This document shows positions 57,044-64,000 of a stretch of DNA of 64,000 bases, one piece after another. The stretch lies in IMG/VR virus record IMGVR_UViG_3300027672_001707. One strand, 5' to 3'. Position 1 is the first letter of the stretch. Each line of letters opens with the position of its first letter. The notes beneath the pieces were generated by a model, which saw only the letters and a list, made by a program, of their open reading frames with translations, did not search any database and was not told the origin of the DNA. Source of the stretch: an uncultured virus (IMG/VR IMGVR_UViG_3300027672_001707) (Duplodnaviria > Heunggongvirae > Uroviricota > Caudoviricetes). Both the position numbers and the translations under genes were made by a program.

Positions 57044-57403
57044 ATGACATCCGTCTTTATTTTACTTCTGATTAAGCACACATTTTGTGACTTATTCATG
57101 CAGTCAACACGACCATCCGCAGATAAGAGCAACTTATTTAATCGAGGTTTACATAGACACTGTATTGACCATGCAGTAGCAACACTAATCATATTACTAT
57201 TCTTTATAGATATCAAATATGCATTACTATTATCAATGTTTGATTACACTACACATTGTATAATAGATTGGTTAAAACACATAATATTAAACAAGTACAA
57301 AGTAATTAAAAATGGCAAAATGTTTTGGGGATTACAAACTATTGACCAAGCATTACATTATATAAATTACTTTGTTATAGTTACATTAATAGGATACATT
57401 TAA
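57044..57403 (+). CDS. DUF3307-like membrane protein
   Basis: H..CD...Q, H...H, H..ID..K, DQALH. Confidence 0.75.
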   Translation: MTSVFILLLIKHTFCDLFMQSTRPSADKSNLFNRGLHRHCIDHAVATLIILLFFIDIKYALLLSMFDYTTHCIIDWLKHIILNKYKVIKNGKMFWGLQTIDQALHYINYFVIVTLIGYI

Positions 57404-57406
57404 AAA

Positions 57407-58039
57407 ATGATACAAGGCAAGTTTCACACAGAAATAGATGAAGTAACTTATGACCGACAAGCCTTGGAAGATTTATTTGAAGAGCATAGACACCTTATAG
57501 AAAACTTTGGTGATTATATGCAGTATCTAGCAAGAGGTACTAAAAGAGAATTTAAAGGTCGGCAAGGAATGAATACAATAGCAATAAGGAAAAAGAACGA
57601 TATGTCTTTGTTAGACTTTCCTGTTGTTAGAGATTTAGTAGATAAGTTTAATTGGGGCGAATATCCTGATCCAGACCATATTGATATACTACATTATGAT
57701 GTTGGTTACAAGTTTCACCCACATACTGATCATTTTATGAATTGTGCTATTATGTTTCCAATATTACCTGTAAAAGACATTACTCCTATTAGTTTCTTTA
57801 GTAGAGAAGGTATTGAACCAGAAAGAAATATCAACTACGAAAAGAAATACGGTTGGGACGATAATGATATAGATTACTTACATCATTATAGTCTAGAACA
57901 CCCTACTATGTTTAACGGAATGGCAGTACACGGTGTTCCAGAGATAACCTCAGAACGTGTAATTCTTAGACTAAAATGTTTAGGTGAAACATATGACTCT
58001 GTTGTAGGAAAATTAAAGCAAGGAACATTTGTAAAATAA
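57407..58039 (+). CDS. putative 2OG-Fe(II) oxygenase
   Basis: HTD and HGV.....R motifs. Confidence 0.5.
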   Translation: MIQGKFHTEIDEVTYDRQALEDLFEEHRHLIENFGDYMQYLARGTKREFKGRQGMNTIAIRKKNDMSLLDFPVVRDLVDKFNWGEYPDPDHIDILHYDVGYKFHPHTDHFMNCAIMFPILPVKDITPISFFSREGIEPERNINYEKKYGWDDNDIDYLHHYSLEHPTMFNGMAVHGVPEITSERVILRLKCLGETYDSVVGKLKQGTFVK

Positions 58040-58040
58040 T

Positions 58041-58763
58041 ATGAATTTAAAAGTCATAGAAGTTACACATTACACTGATAAACTATTTAAAATAAAATTA
58101 GAAAGACCACCAACATACAGATTTGTTGCGGGTGAGTTTACTATGATTGGATTAGATAACTGGTCAAAAAAACTACAAAAAAATAAACCTATAATGAGAG
58201 CATACAGTTTTACTAGTGGACCGTATGATGAGTTTTTAGAATTCTACAGTATTAAAGTAGAAGATGGTCCATTAACTAGTAGACTAAAAGATATTAAAGT
58301 AGATGATGAATTAATAGTAGGTGAAAAACCCACTGGCACTCTTACACTTAATAATTTAGAACTAGGAGGCAATTTGCATTTAGTTGCAACTGGTACAGGC
58401 ATTGCTCCGTTTATTAGTTTATTAAGAGACCCAACAACATATGATTACTTTGATAGTATATCAGTGTATTGGACTGTTCCACTTGTACAAGATTTGAGAT
58501 CATATAACACATTCTTAGAAGAACAAGACATTACATATTTCCCAACAGTAACTAGAGAAGAATTTAAGAACCAAGGACGAATTACCAAATACATTGACGC
58601 CGGTATATGGGACGACATTACTCCAAAAACTGATAAAGTTATGATATGTGGTAGCATGGATTTTAACTTAGAAATGAAACAACGTTTAGAAGACAAAGGT
58701 TACACTGAAGGGAACAATCGTTCTGCAGGATCTTATACATTAGAACGAGCGTTTGTTGGGTAA
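58041..58763 (+). CDS. fpr: ferredoxin--NADP+ reductase
   Basis: F.AGEF, RAYS, GPLTSRL, ATGTGIAPF, MICGS, ERAF. Confidence 0.92.
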   Translation: MNLKVIEVTHYTDKLFKIKLERPPTYRFVAGEFTMIGLDNWSKKLQKNKPIMRAYSFTSGPYDEFLEFYSIKVEDGPLTSRLKDIKVDDELIVGEKPTGTLTLNNLELGGNLHLVATGTGIAPFISLLRDPTTYDYFDSISVYWTVPLVQDLRSYNTFLEEQDITYFPTVTREEFKNQGRITKYIDAGIWDDITPKTDKVMICGSMDFNLEMKQRLEDKGYTEGNNRSAGSYTLERAFVG

Positions 58764-58933
58764 AATAATTGAGCCTTAAAACGTTCTATAACCGCAGGAT
58801 TATTTCCCGATTGTTCTATAAACATTTTTATAGCAATAAGCCCGGAACCTAAAAACACCAATCTATCATCGATATATAACCTTGATCTTGTAGTTGCGTA
58901 CTCAAGTACAATATTCTTATGACTATATCTCAT
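58733..58933 (-). CDS. hypothetical protein
   Basis: ORF; GTAAATA ends 5 nt upstream on the minus strand. Confidence 0.55.
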   Translation of the reverse strand: MRYSHKNIVLEYATTRSRLYIDDRLVFLGSGLIAIKMFIEQSGNNPAVIERFKAQLFYPTNARSNV

Positions 58934-59020
58934 ACAATTATTTACCCAAAAAGGTTGACGGGTGGGTTTATTTTGTGTTATAATTGTTTCGTAATTAAGA
59001 AAAACTAAAGGAAAGGTATT

Positions 59021-59443
59021 ATGGGTATTACAGTATATGAACGTAGTTTAGATGATTGTGTACAAACAAAGATTGATTACTACAATCAACCACATTTGCT
59101 TAACAACATCCACCACCCTGCAGGATTTAAGGGTACATTTGCATTTAGTGATTACAAGAAGATTCCGGAAGTGTTCCATGCATACTTGCAACGACATTTT
59201 CAACAGTATCGTCTTCGTCGAATGGATATAGAAAAAGTTAATGAACTATTAAACACAATATGGAACAATGATGGGTTAGAACAGATGTTCTTATTAGAAC
59301 AAGCAATGTTTAATAGTGATAGTGATGTCCGTTTAAGTGCTACAGATACTTCGCTTTTAAAGAAAAAGATGGCATATGATGAAGTCGAAGACGACCAAGA
59401 AATGGTTGACAAAGCGATGAAAGATGCTATAATTAGTGAGTAA
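59021..59443 (+). CDS. hypothetical protein
   Basis: ORF behind AAAGGTTGACG..TGTGTTATAAT promoter. Confidence 0.65.
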   Translation: MGITVYERSLDDCVQTKIDYYNQPHLLNNIHHPAGFKGTFAFSDYKKIPEVFHAYLQRHFQQYRLRRMDIEKVNELLNTIWNNDGLEQMFLLEQAMFNSDSDVRLSATDTSLLKKKMAYDEVEDDQEMVDKAMKDAIISE

Positions 59444-59477
59444 GTTAACAAAAAAGCCAATATAATAGCACTAAAAT

Positions 59478-59537
59478 AAAAGGTTGACAAACAGGCTAGA
59501 TGTGCTATTATAAAGTATAAGTTAAACAAAAGGAGAT
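59478..59537 (+). promoter_or_regulatory. early promoter plus leader (repeated cassette)
   Basis: AAAAGG-TTGACA, TGTGCTATTAT, TATAAGTTAAACAAAAGGAGA. Confidence 0.8.
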
Positions 59538-59542
59538 ACTAA

Positions 59543-59878
59543 ATGACAACATTTGTAAAAGACAATTTTAATTATGACGGAATGTACTTAACGTATAACA
59601 ACGATAGTACACAACATTATGGTAACAATGAGTTTGTTGCTAGGTTTAAATATGTTAAATTTGCAGGTGCATTTAAGTCTTTTCTTATTAAAAACTTTAC
59701 TACTGATGAGTATTTTGCTAGATATAAAGCAGGTGAAAGTCCGTTAACAATACTAGAATCTAAAGGTTTTGTTACTCCACAAGCAAAGAAATTGTGTAAG
59801 CAATATGGCATGGAACCTACTAATGAGAACTATATGGCAATAATTCGTAAAATGGTTGACGAAAGGGATAGCAAATAA
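59543..59878 (+). CDS. conserved phage hypothetical protein
   Basis: AGGAG SD; FVARFKY and SPL.ILESKG. Confidence 0.7.
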   Translation: MTTFVKDNFNYDGMYLTYNNDSTQHYGNNEFVARFKYVKFAGAFKSFLIKNFTTDEYFARYKAGESPLTILESKGFVTPQAKKLCKQYGMEPTNENYMAIIRKMVDERDSK

Positions 59879-60996
59879 TGAAGAATATTACTAGTTTAGC
59901 AAGTCTATACAAAAGAGATACTAAAGGTAAATTAAGAATTTGGACTATCGAGCATGGTTACGATTCCGAAGATGTAGCAGGTATTAGGACCATTTCAGGT
60001 TTAGTTGATGGTCAAAAAATTACAGGTGCATGGAATATATCAGTTGCTAAAAATACAGGTAGAGCAAATTCTACTACTTCACAAAGTCAAGCTCTTGCAG
60101 AAGCCAAAAGTGAATGGACTAAAAAAGCAGACAAAGAGTATTTTGAAAACGTAGATGATGTAGATAGTTACGAATTATTTAAGCCTATGTTGGCACACGA
60201 TTTTACAAAAACTCCTGTAACAAGTGGATACACACAACCTAAGTTAGATGGTATCCGTTGTGTCACTGATACAAATGGTATGCATACACGTGGTGGTAAA
60301 CCTATTAACAGTTGTCCGCACGTTATGGAGAGTTTAAGTGAACTAATTAAGTCTAACCCAAGTATTGTACTTGATGGAGAACTTTATAATCATGAACTAA
60401 AAGCAGACTTTCAAAAGATTGTTAGTTTAGTTCGTAAAGTAAAGTGTCGACCAGAAGAGATCGCTGAAGCAAGTGAGAAAGTACAATATCATATCTACGA
60501 TATGTTTGATAAAAACAATCCTAGTATGACCTTTACTCAACGTAGTAAGTGGTTAGCAGATAATGTTTCAGGTAATCAAATTGTACTTGTTCCAACTGAC
60601 AAAGCAGACAGTACAGAAGATATTGATAAGTTATATGGTGAATACACACAGGCGGGTTACGAAGGTCAAATGGTTCGTCAAGATAGTGCTTATGAATGTA
60701 AAAGAAGTAAAAATTTACTAAAACGGAAAGAGTTTATTACTGAAGAATATTCAGTAGTAGAAGTAGTAGAAGGACAGGGTAACTGGTCAGGTTATGCTAA
60801 AAAGTTTGTTCTTGTATTATCCGACGGTAAGCAGTTTAGTTCAGGAGTGCGAGGTTCACAAGCACAATTGAAAGCATTATGGGAAAGTACAGAAAAGCCT
60901 ACTTGGGTAACTTGTAGATATTTTGAGTTATCAAATGACGGAGTTCCTAGGTTTCCTGTAGTTATTGATTATGGTATTGGAAAACGAGATGACTGA
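59878..60996 (+). CDS. ATP-dependent DNA ligase
   Basis: PMLA, QPKLDGIR, LDGELY, YD, EGQMVR, LLKRK, PRFP. Confidence 0.9.
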   Translation: MKNITSLASLYKRDTKGKLRIWTIEHGYDSEDVAGIRTISGLVDGQKITGAWNISVAKNTGRANSTTSQSQALAEAKSEWTKKADKEYFENVDDVDSYELFKPMLAHDFTKTPVTSGYTQPKLDGIRCVTDTNGMHTRGGKPINSCPHVMESLSELIKSNPSIVLDGELYNHELKADFQKIVSLVRKVKCRPEEIAEASEKVQYHIYDMFDKNNPSMTFTQRSKWLADNVSGNQIVLVPTDKADSTEDIDKLYGEYTQAGYEGQMVRQDSAYECKRSKNLLKRKEFITEEYSVVEVVEGQGNWSGYAKKFVLVLSDGKQFSSGVRGSQAQLKALWESTEKPTWVTCRYFELSNDGVPRFPVVIDYGIGKRDD

Positions 60997-61168
60997 AATA
61001 AACACAGAAGGTCATCATCTAGTAGGATTTGAGTGGCCCGTGATTGGGTCAAAGGGCGATGAGTATACAGTTGTTATGTTAGACAGAGGATTTGAATGTA
61101 ACTGTCCTGCATATGTTAAATGTAAACACATCAAAGGAGTTGAAAAAGGACTTATAGGAGACTGGTAA
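60989..61168 (+). CDS. SWIM zinc-finger protein
   Basis: CNCPA..KCKH. Confidence 0.7.
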   Translation: MTEINTEGHHLVGFEWPVIGSKGDEYTVVMLDRGFECNCPAYVKCKHIKGVEKGLIGDW

Positions 61169-61269
61169 TGACTGGCTTAGAAATTTATGGTATATTATTT
61201 GTAATTAACATTATTTTAACAGAAATTGATCCAGATATGCTGATGTTTTGCGTATCAGGGTGTGCATAA
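61168..61269 (+). CDS. small hydrophobic protein (33 aa)
   Basis: TAATG coupling; AGGAG SD. Confidence 0.45.
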   Translation: MTGLEIYGILFVINIILTEIDPDMLMFCVSGCA

Positions 61270-61284
61270 TTTTAACAAGGAAAT

Positions 61285-61416
61285 ATGAAAAAAAAGAGAA
61301 ATAAATTAGAAAGAAAACTCGACGAGTATAATCATACTATGGAATTAATTAGAACCATAGTTCCTATTATAATTCTAGGGCTTCAGGTAATTATATTGGT
61401 AAAACTAATACAATAA
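61285..61416 (+). CDS. small membrane protein (43 aa)
   Basis: AAGGA SD; basic N-terminus and C-terminal TM. Confidence 0.5.
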   Translation: MKKKRNKLERKLDEYNHTMELIRTIVPIIILGLQVIILVKLIQ

Positions 61417-61452
61417 TGTTCGAAAACAACTATATTTTACTAAAAGAATACT

Positions 61453-61480
61453 AAAAAGCCTTATTAATAAGGCTTTTTTT
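61453..61480 (+). terminator. intrinsic terminator, near-copy of 304-330
   Basis: AAAAAGCCTTAT-TA-ATAAGGCTTTTTTT. Confidence 0.8.
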
Positions 61481-61482
61481 AT

Positions 61483-61538
61483 GGTTGACAGATAAGCAAT
61501 ATGTGTTATTATAATACTATAAGTTAAACAAAAGGAGA
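61483..61538 (+). promoter_or_regulatory. early promoter plus leader (repeated cassette)
   Basis: GG-TTGACA, TGTGTTATTAT, TATAAGTTAAACAAAAGGAGA. Confidence 0.8.
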
Positions 61539-61546
61539 TGTATAAA

Positions 61547-61870
61547 ATGGTTACACCAAAACAATACAACGTTTTAAGAGAAAACGAACTTGCTCTTGTT
61601 AAGCACATTGAAGCAATGAACAAAGATGCCGATAAGAAAATGGCAGAAACTAAGGGTCTATGGATAGGTCATTTAGTTACTGACCCAATGCATTGGGCAA
61701 GTTATGATGTATACACTCCAAAGCAGTTTGACAGGTATATGCTAGAAACCGATCATTACTATATAATGGCGGACAGGTATTCTAAAGGTTATGCTAGAAG
61801 CATTGACCTTACTAATTGGACAGATGCAGAAATTATGGCAGACATCGATAATGAAAGTGAGGTTGCTTAA
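61547..61870 (+). CDS. hypothetical protein
   Basis: ATG at 61547 has better SD spacing than 61538. Confidence 0.65.
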   Translation: MVTPKQYNVLRENELALVKHIEAMNKDADKKMAETKGLWIGHLVTDPMHWASYDVYTPKQFDRYMLETDHYYIMADRYSKGYARSIDLTNWTDAEIMADIDNESEVA

Positions 61871-62076
61871 TGCCAAAACAATATAGTTCGCATGATTATA
61901 GAAGTACTACAGATGACGCAGTAGTAGTGGACGAACATAACACTATAATCAGACCGGCAAATAATTTAAAGGTACAGTTCAAAGACAAGCATGGCAATAA
62001 ACACGAAGTAGAAGTATCTAGGTTGATACAAGTGTTTAACAATAACATCTGGAATCATAAAAGGAGTGTAAAATAA
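61870..62076 (+). CDS. hypothetical protein
   Basis: TAATG coupling. Confidence 0.6.
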   Translation: MPKQYSSHDYRSTTDDAVVVDEHNTIIRPANNLKVQFKDKHGNKHEVEVSRLIQVFNNNIWNHKRSVK

Positions 62077-62336
62077 TGGGTAGCATTACAAGTATATTCG
62101 GAGCAATATGGTTTACAGTAGTTGGTGTTGCAGAAACTGGCGCAGTTACTGGTAAAGATATTTTAACTACTGGTAAAGTAATTTACCAAATTAGTGAAAA
62201 AACAAAAGACGGAACCTGGGGAGATTCGGCACACGAAGAAGGTGCCCAAATTATTAAGGATATAGCAAGGGGCAGTAATACTCAGGGGAACCTAAATGCT
62301 AATCCGTTACCAACAATACCAAAGGGGAACAACTAA
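62076..62336 (+). CDS. hypothetical protein
   Basis: TAATG coupling; AGGAG SD. Confidence 0.6.
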   Translation: MGSITSIFGAIWFTVVGVAETGAVTGKDILTTGKVIYQISEKTKDGTWGDSAHEEGAQIIKDIARGSNTQGNLNANPLPTIPKGNN

Positions 62337-62656
62337 TGTATAAACCACTTCCAGACGGACTAACAATTAAAAAATCAGGAGTACAAGGCTTAGGCTTGTT
62401 TGCTACAAAAGACTTTGAAGCATGGACGATACTAGGCATAGTGCATATATTAGATAAAAACTTTCCACATGGTAGCATAAGAACTGCCTTAGGTGCTTTT
62501 TACAATCATGCAGATGATCCTAATTGTAAAAATGTAAAAGGATTTTGGCATCAATTACCTGTAAAATATTTGCAAACAATAAAGCCAATTAAAGCAGGCG
62601 AAGAATTAACTGCAAAATATACATTGTACAATGACTTTGATGCAAACGGAAATTAA
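62336..62656 (+). CDS. SET-domain protein (lysine methyltransferase fold)
   Basis: S...GLGLFA, FYNH..DPNC, IKAGEELT..Y. Confidence 0.85.
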   Translation: MYKPLPDGLTIKKSGVQGLGLFATKDFEAWTILGIVHILDKNFPHGSIRTALGAFYNHADDPNCKNVKGFWHQLPVKYLQTIKPIKAGEELTAKYTLYNDFDANGN

Positions 62657-62676
62657 CAATCTAACAAAGGAGTAAA

Positions 62677-62907
62677 ATGACAAGCACAATTGATACACTA
62701 ATAAAGATGGCAATTTTAATATTGCTAGTTTATATTTCAATATCAGTTAAGCAGTTACAAGATGAAGTGTTCTGGGACCAGAGTATTATGAAACCAGCGA
62801 TAGGCGAATATCAAGGATATAGAGATAACTCAAATGAATTAAGAGATAATGTTATCGGTCTATTGAACGGTGCTTTACAAAACGCAATTAACGAACAGGA
62901 GAAATAA
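62677..62907 (+). CDS. small membrane protein
   Basis: AGGAG SD; N-terminal TM. Confidence 0.6.
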   Translation: MTSTIDTLIKMAILILLVYISISVKQLQDEVFWDQSIMKPAIGEYQGYRDNSNELRDNVIGLLNGALQNAINEQEK

Positions 62908-62908
62908 T

Positions 62909-63292
62909 ATGAGTATAGACACAGATGTCTTTTTTACTAAAGAAGATTTAGGCAAAAACCTTTACTCTAAAAAAACTTATTACACAGTTATGATAGAACA
63001 ACACGTTCTAGCAAATGACAGTGATGACGCCGATAAGTTATTTTTAGATGGCGGTGGAATAGATTACGATAACGTTAACTCGAGCCTTGCAGAAGCAACT
63101 GGCGGAGTTGAAACAACTGTAGTAGATGCAAATTATACAGATTCGGATACTACGACTTTCTTAGGAAAAGTTGCATATGATGAAGATGATGAATATGCAG
63201 AAGAAGATGGTTCAGTTGTAATCGATACCTATGCAGAAGAAACCTCTCAACCCACAAATAGGGTAGAACAGATGGTAACATCACCGGAGTAA
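62909..63292 (+). CDS. acidic hypothetical protein
   Basis: AGGAG SD before ATG at 62909. Confidence 0.6.
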   Translation: MSIDTDVFFTKEDLGKNLYSKKTYYTVMIEQHVLANDSDDADKLFLDGGGIDYDNVNSSLAEATGGVETTVVDANYTDSDTTTFLGKVAYDEDDEYAEEDGSVVIDTYAEETSQPTNRVEQMVTSPE

Positions 63293-63295
63293 TAT

Positions 63296-63976
63296 ATGGA
63301 TAACCATACAAAGGCAGTTCTTAGGAAAATTAAAAAGTGGACATTGTGGACACTTTATCTTATGGTCTTTTCTTCCTCTGTATATGCAGTAGGAACATTT
63401 TATCCAAACAGTTGGGTAGTTAAACGAGTTACTACATTCACTGAAACTCAGATGATTAATGAATGGAAATCATACGGATACCAAGCACCAGAAATAGTGT
63501 ACAGTAGCAATACAGAATTTATAATAGCAGTGGGCAAGTGTATTAGTTTCCATAACCTAACATTAACACAAAAACAAAGAGTACACAGAGATATAATTGT
63601 GGCAATGGCTGTACTAGAAACAGGACACGGCAAAAGCAGATTCGCTTTACAAGGTAATAATTTATTTGGTATAAGAACATGGGATTCAAAGGTTCCGCAA
63701 CTAAAACCGTTGGATTTACCTAATGCAAAATTCGGTGTAAAAGTGTATAAAACTAAATGCGATAGTGTGCTTGATATGATTACTACTATTAATACACACC
63801 CAGCATACGACGGATTTCGCACTCTAAGAGACCAACAAATAGAGTCTGGAGTAATCGATTTAGATGCACAAATTGACCAATTGGACAAGTGGAGTACTAA
63901 CCCAATATACACTAAATTAGTTAAGAATAAAGCCAAAAAGATTGAAGAAATATTGGTAAAATTTTATGGAAAATAG
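63296..63976 (+). CDS. glucosaminidase (GH73/Bax-like) with N-terminal TM
   Basis: A.A.LETG.G.SRFA..GNNLFGIR, NTHPAY..FR, WST.P.Y. Confidence 0.85.
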   Translation: MDNHTKAVLRKIKKWTLWTLYLMVFSSSVYAVGTFYPNSWVVKRVTTFTETQMINEWKSYGYQAPEIVYSSNTEFIIAVGKCISFHNLTLTQKQRVHRDIIVAMAVLETGHGKSRFALQGNNLFGIRTWDSKVPQLKPLDLPNAKFGVKVYKTKCDSVLDMITTINTHPAYDGFRTLRDQQIESGVIDLDAQIDQLDKWSTNPIYTKLVKNKAKKIEEILVKFYGK

Positions 63977-64000
63977 TGCATTTAGGGTCTTGACAGATAG

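Overview
This is a 64-kb, AT-rich, densely coding segment of a large T4-like (Tevenvirinae/pelagimyophage-style) marine tailed phage, with almost all genes on the + strand. No whole-genome context is visible. The host is probably an alphaproteobacterium, inferred from a two-piece permuted tmRNA, a DUF1127 gene, an FdxA-type ferredoxin and a ROSE-like thermometer. Contents: early genes behind repeated terminator plus sigma70-promoter cassettes; replication genes (UvsW-like helicase, primase, DnaB-type helicase, clamp-loader-like subunit, a 193-aa mini-DnaE, DNA ligase, NrdAB, glutaredoxin); a late block of putative head-packaged proteins; host-takeover genes (ppGpp hydrolase, Smr, ClpP, ClpS, Hsp20, bS21, tmRNA, 4 tRNAs, GuaC, SpeD, UvsE, FdxA, Fpr, SET); and a CsgF/CsgG/curlin/FecR/CHASE2-cyclase locus. 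Best leads: (1) an RNA-ligase-like protein and a Pnk-like kinase with capsid-targeting-like N-termini, the kinase apparently reachable only by slippage on an A9 run, suggesting a candidate virion-delivered RNA repair system; (2) tRNA-Ser(ACT) and tRNA-Arg(GCG); (3) apparent window-wide avoidance of GCWGC; (4) several unannotated structured or repetitive RNAs; (5) the mini-DnaE; (6) a curli-coupled cyclase with a stand-alone copy of its C-terminus. All family calls come from motif recognition by eye; no database searches were run.
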